Source: Macrostomum lignano
Lineage: Eukaryota
Length of the DNA: 64,000 nucleotides
NCBI GenBank assembly: GCA_002269645.1
Contig: NIVC01000623.1
Coordinates: 124,001 to 188,000 of the forward strand
Reading direction: 5' to 3'
Below, piece by piece: positions 39,001-51,349 of this stretch; position 1 is the first letter of the stretch, and each line of letters opens with the position of its first letter. The notes beneath the pieces were generated by a model, which was given only the letters and a program-made list of their open reading frames with translations, had not been told where the DNA came from and searched no databases. A program made the translations under genes and the position numbers.

Positions 39001-42000
39001 TAATCTAATCATGTACCTGTTCTGTGTCTCTAATCTAATCATGCACCTGTTCTGTGTCTCTAATCTAATCATGTACCTGTTCTGTGTCTCTAATCTAATC
39101 ATGCACCTGTTCTGTGTCTCTAATCTAATCATGCACATGTTCTGTGTCTCTAATCTAATCATGCACCTGTTCTCTGTCTCTAATCTAATCATGCACATGT
39201 TCTGTGTCTCTAATCTAATCATGCACCTGTTCTGTGTCTCTAATCTAATCATGCACCTGTTCTGTGTCTCTAATCTAATCATGTACCTGTTCTGTGTCTC
39301 TAATCTAATCATGCACCTGTTCTGTGTCTCTAATCTAATCATGCACCTGTTCTCTGTCTCTAATCTAATCATGCACATGTTCTCTGTCTCTAATCTAATC
39401 ATGTACCTGTTCTGTGTCTCTAATCTAATCATGCACCTGTTCTGTGTCTCTAATCTAATCATGTACCTGTTCTGTGTCTCTAATCTAATCATGCACCTGT
39501 TCTGTGTCTCTAATCTAATCATGCACCTGTTCTGTGTCTCTAATCTAATCATGCACCTGTTATGTGTCTCTAATCTAATCATGCACATGTTATGTGTCTC
39601 TAATCTAATCATGCACATGTTCTCTGTCTCTAATCTAATCATGCACCTGTTATGTGTCTCTAAATCTAATCATGCACATGTTCTGTGTCTCTATCTAATC
39701 ATGCACCTGTTCTGTGTCTCTAATCTAATCATGCACCTGTTCTGTCTCTAATCTAATCATGCACCTGTTCTGTGTCTCTAATCTAATCATGCACATGTTC
39801 TCTGTCTCTAATCTAATCATGTACCTGTTCTGTGTCTCTAATCTAATCATGCACATGTTCTGTGTCTCTAATCTAATCATGCACCTGTTCTGTATCTAAT
39901 CTAATCATGCACCTGTTCTGTGTCTCTAATCTAATCATGCACATGTTCTGTGTCTCTAATCTAATCATGCACATGTTCTCTGTCTCTAATCTAATCATGC
40001 ACCTGTTATGTGTCTCTAATCTAATCATGCACATGTTCTGTGTCTCTAATCTAATCATGCACCTGTTCTGTGTCTCTAATCTAATCATGCACCTGTTCTG
40101 TGTCTCTAATCTAATCATGTACCTGTTCTGTGTCTCTAATCTAATCATGCACCTGTTCTGTGTCTCTAATCTAATCATGTACCTGTTCTGTGTCTCTAAT
40201 CTAATCATGCACCTGTTCTGTGTCTCTAATCTAATCATGCACATGTTCTGTGTCTCTAATCTAATCATGCACCTGTTCTCTGTCTCTAATCTAATCATGT
40301 ACCTGTTCTGTGTCTCTAATCTAATCATGCACCTGTTCTGTGTCTCTAATCTAATCATGCACCTGTTCTGTGTCTCTAATCTAATCATGTACCTGTTCTG
40401 TGTCTCTAATCTAATCATGCACCTGTTCTGTGTCTCTAATCTAATCATGCACATGTTCTGTGTCTCTAATCTAATCATGCACATGTTCTGTGTCTCTAAT
40501 CTAATCATGCACCTGTTCTGTGTCTCTAATCTAATCATGCACCTGTTCTGTGTCTCTAATCTAATCATGTACCTGTTCTGTGTCTCTAATCTAATCATGC
40601 ACCTGTTCTGTGTCTCTAATCTAATCATGCACCTGTTCTCTGTCTCTAATCTAATCATGCACATGTTCTCTGTCTCTAATCTAATCATGTACCTGTTCTG
40701 TGTCTCTAATCTAATCATGCACCTGTTCTGTGTCTCTAATCTAATCATGTACCTGTTCTGTGTCTCTAATCTAATCATGCACCTGTTCTGTGTCTCTAAT
40801 CTAATCATGTACCTGTTCTGTGTCTCTAATCTAATCATGCACATGTTCTCTGTCTCTAATCTAATCATGCACATGTTCTGTGTCTCTAAATCTAATCATG
40901 CACCTGTTCTGTGTCTCTAATCTAATCATGCACCTGTTCTGTGTCTCTAATCTAATCATGCACATGTTCTGTGTCTCTAATCTAATCATGCACCTGTTCT
41001 GTGTCTCTAATCTAATCATGCACCTGTTCTGTATCTAATCTAATCATGCACCTGTTCTGTGTCTCTAATCTAATCATGCACCTGTTCTCTGTCTCTAATC
41101 TAATCATGCACATGTTCTCTGTCTCTAATCTAATCATGTACCTGTTCTGTGTCTCTAATCTAATCATGCACCTGTTCTGTGTCTCTAATCTAATCATGCA
41201 CCTGTTCTGTGTCTCTAATCTAATCATGTACCTGTTCGAATTTTCAGTCCGGCACGCTGGAGGCCCTGCTGAACTTCTGCGGTAGCCTCTCCAATTCAGC
41301 GGGTTGGCCGCTGGCCCTCCGCACCGTGTGCATCGTGTGCTGCACAGAGGAGGCGGTGCGCAGTTTTCATCAGGTATCGAGACTATTCGATTTTTTATGA
41401 AAGTTCATTCACGCTTTTTTGTAATTTTAAACCAGAAATCGATACTCACTTCTTTAAGTAGCTGTCTTAACCCTCGGTAATTACCTATAAAATGGAGCGC
41501 AAAATCTCTTAAGAATCGCCCTCCAGTCTCAATGAGAGTCGCCCTCCAGTCTCAATGAGAGTCTCCCTCCAGTCTCAATAAGAGTCGCCCTCCAGTCTCA
41601 ATGAGAATCGCCCCTCCAGTCTCAATAAGAGTCGCCATCCAGTCTCAATGAGAATCGCCCTCCAGTCTCAATAAGAGTCGCCCTCCAGTCTCAATGAGAA
41701 TCGCCCTCCAGTCTCAATAAGAGTCGCCCTCCAGTCTCAATGAGAGTCGCCCTCCAGTCTCAATGAGAATCGCCCTCTAGTCTCAATGAGAGCCGCCCTC
41801 CCCACTCAATGAGAATCGCCCTCCAGTCTCAATGAGAGTCGCCCTCCAGTCTCAATGAGAGTCGCCCTCCAGTCTCAATGAGAATCGCCCTCCAGTCTCA
41901 ATGAGAATCGCCCTCCAGTCTCAATGAGAATCGCCCTCCAGTCTCAATGAGAATCGCCCTCCAGTCTCAATGAGAATCGCCCTCCAGTCTCAATGAGAAT

Positions 42001-45000
42001 CGCCCTCCAGTCTCAATGAGAGTCTCCCTCCAGTCTCAATGAGAATCGCCCTCCAGTCTCAATGAGAATCGCCCTCCAGTCTCAATGAGAGTCGCCCTCC
42101 AGTCTCAATGAGAATCGCCCTCCAGTCTCAATGAGAGCCGCCCTCCAGTCTCAATGAGAGTCGCCCTCCAGTCTCAATGAGAATCGCCCTCCAGTCTCAA
42201 TGAGAGTCGCCCTCCAGTCTCAATGAGAGCCGCCCTCCAGTCTCAATGAGAATCGCCCTCCAGTCTCAATGAGAGTCGCCCTCCAGTCTCAATGAGAGTC
42301 GCCCTCCAGTCTCAATGAGAGCCGCCCTCCAGTCTCAATGAGAATCGCCCTCCAGTCTCAATGAGAATCGCCCTCCAGTCTCAATGAGAGTCGCCCTCCA
42401 GTCTCAATGAGAATCGCGCTTCAGTTTCGGGCGCACGCATTTGAAATCAATTAGTGTTACAACGAGTTCCGCTTTGACTCAAAGGCATTATTCGCCTTTG
42501 ACGCAAAATGAAGCCGGAATTAACATTAAAGGAATTAATCAGTTCATAGAGAAGGAATAATAATAATTACAGAAAGGGCCCGGAGGCAGAGAGACGAGAG
42601 GAGAAAAAACCGGCCAGCGTCCCCAAGAAAAGGAAGACCCAGTTTTAACTAGAAGTCCCATGGGAAAATCTACCCAAGAGAAGAACCGTACGGAAGGCGA
42701 CCTACGGCTGTCCATTTTGGCCCAAAATCTTCTCATGGCTGCTCAAAGGACTTTAAGAAGATGAATTTTCTGTTTAAGATTGGATTGTGAAGGAATTGGT
42801 TAAAAACGTTGGGGAGAAACTGGTTGCAGAATTAGTTGCTGGGGCAATTTAGTTAGTTGCAAAAGTTCGACGAACATTTTTGTGCCGAAATATTCTTGCA
42901 TGCTACGAGTAGTGCAGATTACTGCAACTCAAAAGTTGTAGGCGCATCTAGAGATCTAGTTAGATCTAGACGGGATGATAATATTTTGAAGAGATTAGAT
43001 TGTGAGATCGAGATGGACGAGAGATTCGGTTTGGGAATAGATTTTGTGAGATCTCGATAGATAGGGGAGAAATTAGATGTGAGAATATATTTAAATATCT
43101 AGAGAGAAAATTGTGAGATTAGATGAAGCGATCTAGTTGCTACAGGAATCAAGCGTGGATGCTGATGCAGCCAGCTGAATAGGCTGCTGCGGGAACAAAA
43201 GTGCAGCTTCATTTAGATCCCCACTCGAGCTGCTCTCCCCTCCCCTTCCCGATTCCCGCGCCCCACCCTCTGACTCAATTTCCCCCTCGCCTGGTCCCGC
43301 TCCCAGTTCCAGACGGCCTCTCGTTTGCCCCCCCCCCACCAGCGCGCCCTCAATTGACATTTCAAATCTTTCAAGCCAAGGAGCTCTAGATACAAATATC
43401 TGGACTGTGAGCTGTTCAAATGCTTTGTTTAAAGAAACACGAATGCAACTTATTTGTTTGTCATTTGTCAGCCTTTTCCCCTTAACATCTAAGCGATCGA
43501 TAATTTACAACTGACCCAACTCCAGAATGCAGAACTGGGGGATCTGCTTGATCTGCTGGTCCCAATTTGTAGTCGGCTTGTCCACGCGGATGCAATTCCA
43601 TTTTCTGTGTCCGCACGCGCTGCTGGGGTTTTTTTTAATCCCCGGGAGGGAGGAGAAGGGAAGCTGGAAGCTTGCAGCTGGAGAATCCGGTAGGATTATG
43701 TCTGATCGGAGGGATCGGGGGGCATGGGATGGGATGGAACATATTCGGGATATTAGCTGCAGCGGCCTCGAGATTCAAATGGCAGAGCATCGTGCTGACT
43801 GCTGCCCCGTTTGACCCCGGTGGATATGATGGGGAAAAGCCGCTGCCTAATCCCCGGGAGCTGTAGCTAGCGGCCTTTGAAAATTGACTCTTTCCCCGGT
43901 CCCAGACAGCTCGTGAGCATAGCGCAGCCCTCGGTGAATAAAAGCAAGTGCAGCAGACACCCCCGCAGACAAATCAATTTGGTTTTGAGCTGCCTGCCCT
44001 CTGAGCTGCCATGCACAGCATGCGGCTAGAAGTATTCTCAGAAAGATTATCTCTAGCGGAGATGGGACAGCCAGCTGAATTCCAATACATGTGCTGACAA
44101 ACTTGTTATGTAAATTGATTTTTTACTAAGATTACCTTGCCCAGCTGAGCGAGAGGCAAGCAGTTTCTATATCTAAGAATATTCTTGCGAAAACAGAGAG
44201 TGTACATGCCCGACGATTAGAAAGTCAGGGGCCGCTGTACACCCCGTGTGAGCGTCTGCATGCCCATCGAAATAAGTAAATAGCTGTAAACTAATACAAT
44301 TTTGAGTTTAACCAGACATTTGCAAACAAAAATTCAATACTATTTTATTCTTACATTTTGTTTGTTTTAAAATGCAAAAATTGTTTGGCGAAAATTTAAA
44401 GCTGAATTGCTAGTCGCGTCGAATAAATTACCTATAAGTAATAAATCCATTCTAGTCCAACGGCTTGGCCCGAGTCGCAGCGTTGCTTAGCAACCAGGCC
44501 AGCTCGGAGTCCGTCCGAGCCGAAGCAGCCGGAGTTGTCGCCCAGGTGAGCCAGCCGGGACTGCCGGGCCGCTGCCAGGACCTCCTGCTGGGCGCACTGG
44601 TGCCCGACACCGACAGGCTGATCCGGGCGCTCACCAGTGAGTAAAAGTGCACTGGCAGCATTTTTTCAAATACGATTTGTGCCGATATGTATCGAAACAA
44701 GGAAGAACATTTCGGCACTTTCTGGACAATAAAGCTTTTTTCTGTTCATAGCATGGCATATTCTTTGTGCATCAGAGTAGAAATCTTGATATTGAGCAGT
44801 TAGCTACTGCTCAACAATGGCCTCCTACAACACATGAAGACTTCTAATTAATAATTAATCAGATGCCTGGGATAAAACCCATATTATCGAGATTTTCCGT
44901 CGTAAATTTCGTCTGGAGAATACTATAATAGTAATAAGATAGTAAATAGGAATATATTGAAGACTCTTAGCTCTTTAGTTGGAATCGTTGGAACCCTTGC

Positions 45001-46144
45001 GCTCCTTGTGCAGACGTTCTTGGAGTTCAGTAAGCTGCTTTCAGTGGTCTGTAACGGCGGATCTGTATCTGTTAATAATAACTGAGTACACCTGCCCCAA
45101 AGGGCAGATGTGCAACCGACAGCTCAGCCGCAGCTATTGCGCGGCGCATCTGAAGGCTGCGTACGGCTGTTCAGTCCAAGGACTGGGGTGGGGGGACCAC
45201 ACAGCCTCAATTACCCCAGCTAATGCTGGCACCCATTTTACAGCTGGGTGAACTGAAGCAATACAGAGTTAAGTGTCTTGCTCAAGGACACAAATTGTTC
45301 CGAGTGGATTGAGAATCGAACCCCCGACCTTTCACTCGTTAGTCCGATGCTCTAAACCACTAGGCTACAACCCCCTTGGTATTATAATGTTACCCACAGA
45401 GACTACTCAAACACTTTGAGTAGTCCCTAGTTACCCGTTGCTAAGCCGTAGCTGCGCGGTAACAGCACAACGATTGCTAAGCTGTAACGATTGATAGAAT
45501 CGCGGATATCATAGCAAAATCGCACATTTACTTTTAACTCTGCCGCAGGACTGTGCCAGCAGACAGCCAGTCCGGAAGCTTTCCTACTTGGCGCGGCCGC
45601 TTTGGCTAACATCAGCCAAGTCAGCCTGGCCAGTCACGATTACATGCGGCGTCACGCTACTGTCCGAGTGTTGGTGTTGGCATGCCAGCAAGGCAAGGCT
45701 AGCAGTGCTCAGGCCCGCGACCAGGTGGCGGCGGTGCTCGCCAACGCGGCATCCATCAGCGGCCAGGCCAGCGAGCTGACCAGAGCAAATGCGGCCGAAC
45801 TGCTGCTGCAGTTCCTCAGCGAGCCGTCGCTGTCAGCGGCCTGCGAACAGCTTCAACAGAGAGCAGCTACCGCGGTCGGCCGGCTAGCGAAAGATCCTGG
45901 CAGCGCGCAGGTTCTGCTAGAGCTGGGCGCGCACAGACGACTCGTGCAGCTCTGTCGCCATCCCGAAGAGCGGCGTTGCTCCGATTCCGTCCTGCTGGCC
46001 GCTCTGGCCGCCCTACGGCTGCTGCACGACGCCTGCGGACCGGCGGCCTTCCGTCGACGCGATCTGGCCGAATTGGTGCGGCCTCGTCTGCTCGGAGCGC
46101 TGGCTTCTTGCTCCCAGCTGCAGGAGTCCCTCTGCCACTCCTAG
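30089..46144 (+). CDS. insc: Inscuteable homologue (spindle-orientation adaptor, ARM-repeat protein), ~553 aa
   Basis: Eight phase-compatible GT-AG exons: 30089-30341, 30762-30825, 30934-31060, 35764-35819, 37339-37597, 41248-41373, 44456-44636 and 45549-46144 (1662 nt including stop). Recognisable INSC motifs: [23 protein letters not shown] (Pins/LGN-binding peptide), [120 protein letters not shown]. The start ATG is a best guess. Confidence 0.93.
30390..30743. repeat. 23-bp intronic minisatellite (CACCTCATATCTACTCAACTCTC)n
   Basis: Fills insc intron 1. Confidence 0.93.
31185..31825. repeat. 18-bp intronic minisatellite (CCCATTCACTCTCTGTCT)n
   Basis: Near-perfect array in insc intron 3. 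Confidence 0.95.
32455..33670. repeat. 15-bp minisatellite (CCCCTCATCCCCTCT)n decaying into CT-rich sequence
   Basis: Unit read directly, insc intron 3. Confidence 0.95.
34270..35710. repeat. 22-bp minisatellite (GTTAGACACTCACTGAGATAAT)n
   Basis: Unit read directly; ends about 50 bp before insc exon 4. Confidence 0.95.
36590..37265. repeat. 22-bp minisatellite (CACCTGTTAGACACAGACATAT)n
   Basis: Unit read directly, insc intron 4. Confidence 0.95.
37625..41236. repeat. 30-bp satellite (CTCTAATCTAATCATGCACCTGTTCTGTGT)n, ~3.6 kb, with ~1.0-1.1 kb higher-order repeats
   Basis: Fills nearly all of insc intron 5. A diagnostic variant unit recurs at ~37750, 38767, 39873 and 41012. Confidence 0.97.
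41513..42418. repeat. 23-bp minisatellite (CGCCCTCCAGTCTCAATGAGAAT)n
   Basis: Unit read directly, insc intron 6. Confidence 0.95.
45065..45373 (-). mobile_element. tRNA-derived CORE-SINE in insc intron 7
   Basis: Minus-strand head GGGGTTGTAGCCTAGTGGTTTAGAGC...GGGTTCGATTCTC (Pol III A and B boxes). It is followed by the reverse complement of CCCATTTTACAGCTGGGTGAACTGAAGCAATACAGAGTTAAGTGTCTTGCTCAAGGACAC (45231-45290), which matches the MIR/CORE central domain. The 3' end is approximate. Confidence 0.75.
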
Positions 46145-48479
46145 CCTTTGACAGCCTGGCAAATTACTTGTACATTATTATCTGTTTTTTGGATTCCCCC
46201 CGCACGAGCATGGGCGTAGCATAATGAAAGCGTACATGTAAGTGGATCGGACGTATGCTCAAATTCCAAATAGTGCAAGTGAAACTATATAATCCTTTTG
46301 TATAGCATGTACATGTAGCATGTAGTATTTTTATTTTTTTCATCGAGAGATTCCAGTGTGTGTACCATCGTGTCAACTATCAAGATATACTCACCCATAT
46401 TCGCAAGCACGATCTACATGTCCATGAGCTGCATGTAGCTGCACCTGACCTATATACTTCAGTCATTACCCTGCAGTCATTGCCAAAAGCTGTGAATTTT
46501 AGCACGTATAAAGTATTTCTTTTGAATAAAGTTGCGATGCACTTTGCGATGCGATTGCAAAAGAGAATTTACAAATTTCTTTAAATTCTCTTTTTTTCAA
46601 CAAAGAAACACTGTAAAAATTACGTGTACTTAATTAAAGAATGGACGAAACTTTATTAAATGTCTTTTCGAACTTCATTTATTATTATAGTTTTTATCAA
46701 AAAGTTTGTTGGGACATTCATAGAGAAAAGATAATTAGCCATTATAATTTTCCCAAAAGTTTCTGGTCTGAAAGTAGCTATAGTCTCCACGAATTAAAGT
46801 TATAATTATGGTAAGCCAACGCCAAAATAACGGAATTTTTTTACATGGATGAGATGAAGTGGCCAGAAATTCAAGCAAATTAATTAGGCTTATAGTTGTA
46901 GTTAGCTAGCTATAAATTTTGCAGAGTTAGCTACATTGTAGCTATATCAAAGCTTAAATCATGCAGTTCGAGATGAACTCCACTAAACTGAGGTGTCAAA
47001 GGCCACTCCGGCAAAGTGATTCACTTAGTTATAAGTGATCAAAATTTGATAAACAAATCAAAACAAATTCTTCTATAACAAGGTATTTTCTCAAAGAAAC
47101 ATATTCAGTAAATTCGTTGAAGTGTACAGACATTTAGATTCTTCAAGAAATTTTAATATGCATGTTTCTTAAAGTTAATGGTAAATTTTACTTTTTTCAA
47201 AATACGCCAAGGTGCAGCCGTCGATCTGTATGCACAGCGCACCTAATGATACTTTGAAGCAAGTCGCAGGCTCTAAACATTAAGCTTCTAGCACGCGTAC
47301 CTTGTGAAGTCTGAGCTCTAGTCCTGTATACTAAAATCCATATACTAAAAAGCTGAACTAAAAAGGTAAGAAATGATACATTTCAATAAGTAGACCTACA
47401 ATACAAGATCTGTCTGAGACTGTAATGAATTAAATTCTTGTGGTCGCCATTCAAATTCTCCTTCTCCGTACTGGAGTTAAGTAAAAGAAATTAAAACAAA
47501 GACGCTGCCAGGGCAATCAGGTTTAATATTTGCGAAGGTTAATATAGGTCGACTGTATTATTTTAGTGATAACCATTCTGTTTTTAAACAGAAAATTACC
47601 TTGCCAATCTTGAGGGATATTGAACCTAAAAATATAATAATTTTCTAAAACAATTAAGTATTATTTTATTTAATTTTGTTTATTTACAATTATAGAGTTA
47701 TGATCTTTTGAATTTATGTTTTCTAATTGAAATGATCTAGTGTCCAATGAATATCTCTGCTTTTCTCATGGTTGGCATTTCATGAGGATTCATTATAGGC
47801 TTATGGTTTATGTCTAAATCTTCTGGGACAATTCAAAACAATCTGCACAAAAGAAAACAATATAATTAGTTTGATTTCTTTTTTTCAATATATTAATCTT
47901 TCAACAAAAATTTTCAAATATATTTATGAAACATAAATTTTAACATATTATGTCTAAATGCATGTTAAATATATATGTATTATATTTAGTTCCAAGCTTT
48001 CTTATATCTAAAGCTGAGTAGATGAATCAATTGATTGACTGGCTGGGTTTAACGTGTATCTCCTCCTAGATAGCTGCCAACTCAAATGCAAAATTTATAT
48101 ATATATCAATGCAGAATTTTCCTACGCAACAAATACACAATTTTAATGTTGAAAGTTTCAAAATTAAGTCTATAAAAACAGAAAACACTTTTTGTAACCT
48201 TTGGCCACTTTGCTTCTCCAGTGGAAAGTTGGTGGCATGTTTGTAAAAAGAACCACCCAACCTCTGCCTGCAGGCTGCTATGTATTGGAGGGGGTGGGTG
48301 ACATGTGTTCTATGTTCAATGCAAATAACCTCCCCAGTGCATGCCGTGTTGAGGCTGCAATTAAATTTTAACGATACCCCCGAAACAGGGGGGGGGGTCA
48401 GGCTGAGTGTACAAAGCAATGTAGAGTATAAACAGTGGCTATAAATAGCTGCGACTGTGTTGAGAAAAGACAGTAGATA

Positions 48480-49140
48480 TGAGAAATGAGAGATTAAAGA
48501 TAGCAAAGGGGAGAGAAGAGGGAGTGAGGCTGGAATGAAGAGGGAGAGAGAGGAGAAAAGATTGTAGAGGGAAGAAAAGAGAGGAGAGAGGAAAGATAAG
48601 GGAGTACAGAGGAGAGAGAAAAGAGAAAGGAAAGAAGTGAGATAAGATAGGAGATGTAAAGAGGACAGAGGAAAGATGAAAGAAAAAAGAAAAGGATAGA
48701 AAGAATATAGATATGTGACATGAGAGCAGAGAGAGACAAGAAAATAGAGAATACAGGATAGAGGAGAGAATAGATAAGAGATGACAGATGAGAGATGAGA
48801 GATGAAAGAAAGAAACAAAAGGAGATAGGAGAGATGAGGCAAAAAGAGAGAAGCAAGAGTAGAAGGGAGAGAGGAGAGATGAGAGAGCAGAGGAGCAATA
48901 CAAATATGAGAGAAGAGAGGAGAGAAAAGAGAAAGGAGAAAAGGGAAGAGATGGGATAGGGGAGAGGAAAGGGGGATAAGAGAAGAAAGGAGGGAGTAGA
49001 GCCAAAAGATGAGAGAGAAAAGATAAGAGAGTAGAGATGAGGGAGGAGAAGAGAGAAGCAAGATAAGAGGGCAGAGGAGAAAAAAGGGGAGAGATTAAAT
49101 AGGAGAGAGGAAAGAAGGATAAAAAAGGAGAGAGAGAGGA
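48480..49140. repeat. GA-rich low-complexity tract (a second one at ~49390-49600)
   Basis: Purine-rich degenerate sequence. Confidence 0.85.
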
Positions 49141-49401
49141 GGGCACCTCCAATCTCAGGCACTGACACAGTAGAAAGGACTGAAAAAAGTCAATTTAGTT
49201 GGATTGCCAATATTTCAAATTAGATAAATTCTGCGTCAGGGCTGGAAGCCAGTAAAGTTTATTTGGCGCGAATTGCCATCAATATATAATGATGATATCG
49301 CCAGGGAGAGACAATTGTAAATGGGTATGCTCAAACACTTAAAACTATATGCATGGCCAATACATTAAAACAAGTCTAAGACTCTGAGAGAAAGAGAGAG
49401 A

Positions 49402-49449
<48 letters not shown>

Positions 49450-50113
49450 AGAGAGGAGAAAGTAGGGAGGAGAGATGAAAGAGTAGAAAAGAGAATGTAG
49501 TGAAAAGAAAGAAGAGAGTAGATATGAGAGCAAAGAAAGATGATAGATGATAAGATTAGAAATGAGAGACCAAAGAGGAGAGAAGAGACATGAGAGAGTC
49601 TCAGTCTGAATGATAGCAGTAGAGAAATGGTATTGAAGAGGTTCTATAGAGAATTTAGAAGATGGAATTCAGGTCATGAGATTCAGCTGATGGATTTCAG
49701 GGAATGGAATTCTGGTAATGGGAGTTCTATCCCCTTTCTTCTCCTACAGAGGAGTCGGCCTCATTATATCTAATTCCAGATATAGTATCAGTCTACTATC
49801 CATATAGTATCTTAATATTAATATGTATATATGTCTTTGTGATCTATAATTGATTGTTTCTGCAATTTGTTATATATATACAAATCTATAGCATCTGGGT
49901 CATTCCTTATTCCTTATAAACAATATATATATTGCTTCTTTGTCCCAATAGGAACTTTGCCATTGTTTGGTCCTAAGTCCAGAATGAGAAAAGAAAAGGG
50001 CTACCATGGTATGCAATTTGTCATTCTTGCATTAGTAGATTTTTGCTTTAATTTTAATAGGTAGGTTTTACCAAAATGCAGTTAGGATAAAGCCATTGAA
50101 CACTTATTGTTTA

Positions 50114-51349
50114 TGAGGGTCATCCCAAAAGTTTCAGCAAATGCCTACTAATTTTCAACAAACCAGTGTTAGAACAATGAACAGGTCAAAAACCTTCAAA
50201 ATAACTTCCATTGACTTGAATTGTGTGCTCCCAGCAGCCAGGCAACTTCTGAATGCCGTTAGCAATGCCGGATTCGCACAGGTCTTTTGCAATGCAGCCA
50301 ACCTCGCTGAACAGGTCATTCAGGCAATGGAAATGACACCCTCGGAGCTGGTTCTTAAGCTTCAGAAAAGGTCGAAATCGCAGGGACTGAGGTCTGGGGA
50401 GTAAGGAGGATGAGGCAGCACCTCCCACTGGTAGTCCCGCAGTAGGTCCTGCACAATGTGGGCTGTGTGCGAACTGGCATTGTCATGCAAAAGTGGACCA
50501 AGTTCCAGGGTCTGTGGCCACCTTTTGCACAAGGCAAGCCAAAGATGGTGAATAATTAAGCTCCAATAGTACTGTTGGTTGATGTTTTGGCCCTCAGGAA
50601 TGCGGTGGATGAGAATAATGCCAAAGCTGTTGTAGCATGCGATGATCATCATCTTGTCGGCTCCCTTGGCATGCCACAGAACTGATGGTCTTGATGGCTG
50701 GGTAGAACCTTTCAACTGCCACTCGGAATTCTGGCTCTTGAGATTGGGCTCATACAAACAGATCCAAGTCTCGTCAAGCATGACAATACAGTCTAGGAAA
50801 GCCAAACCCTCTCTCCTGAACCGATGCAGAAGCTGCTGAGCAGTTGTCACCCAACATGCCTTGTCATCCGTGAGATGGTGTGGCACCCACCTGGGTGTGA
50901 CCTTCTGCAGTCCAAGATCCTGGATAAGGATCCAATGCACACTCAACAAGGGGATTCCGGACAGCTCAGCCATTTCTTTGCATGTCCAATGGCGATCAAT
51001 GTTCAGCAGCCCATGTTCAATGTTCGACTCTGTGCAAGCTTCTTTTGGCCTTCCAGATCGTAGGTCATCCTCGACATCAGAGTGGCCATTCTTAAATTGA
51101 CTGTACCAGTTGTACACGGCTCGCTGGCTCATCGCATTTGGCCCATGGGCCTGTAGCAACTGATGGTGAATTTGAGCTGCAGGGACACCACAAAGACATT
51201 CCATTTTAATGTATGAGTGCTGCTCCAAGTTCGACGGAAATTCCATTTTATCGTTGTCAGCCGATGTTTGATTTAGTATCTCATAAAATGTTCTTTAGAA
51301 AACAGAATTTCGCAGCTAGAATGCTAAAAACTTACTCAGACACCCAAAA
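50114..51349 (-). mobile_element. Decayed mariner (DD34D) DNA transposon; transposase pseudogene 51246-50186 with an in-frame TGA at 50362
   Basis: HTH region (AVYNWYSQFKNG...RSGRP), WVPHHL, DETW, HDNA, YSPDLSPCDF, with 34 residues between D2 and D3. The C-terminus KLKNQLRG...NGSYFEGF continues after the stop. TA-flanked TIR-like ends at ~50114 (TGAGGGTCATCCCAAAAGTTT) and ~51325-51349 (AAACTTACTCAGACACCC), diverged from each other; total length ~1.24 kb. Confidence 0.93.

Noticed and set aside
42573-42764. Phase-0 open frame in insc intron 6 ([10 protein letters not shown]...AQRTLRR*) as an alternative terminal exon
   Set aside because: The acceptor lacks a pyrimidine tract (A-rich), the peptide has no recognisable features, and nothing else supports it.
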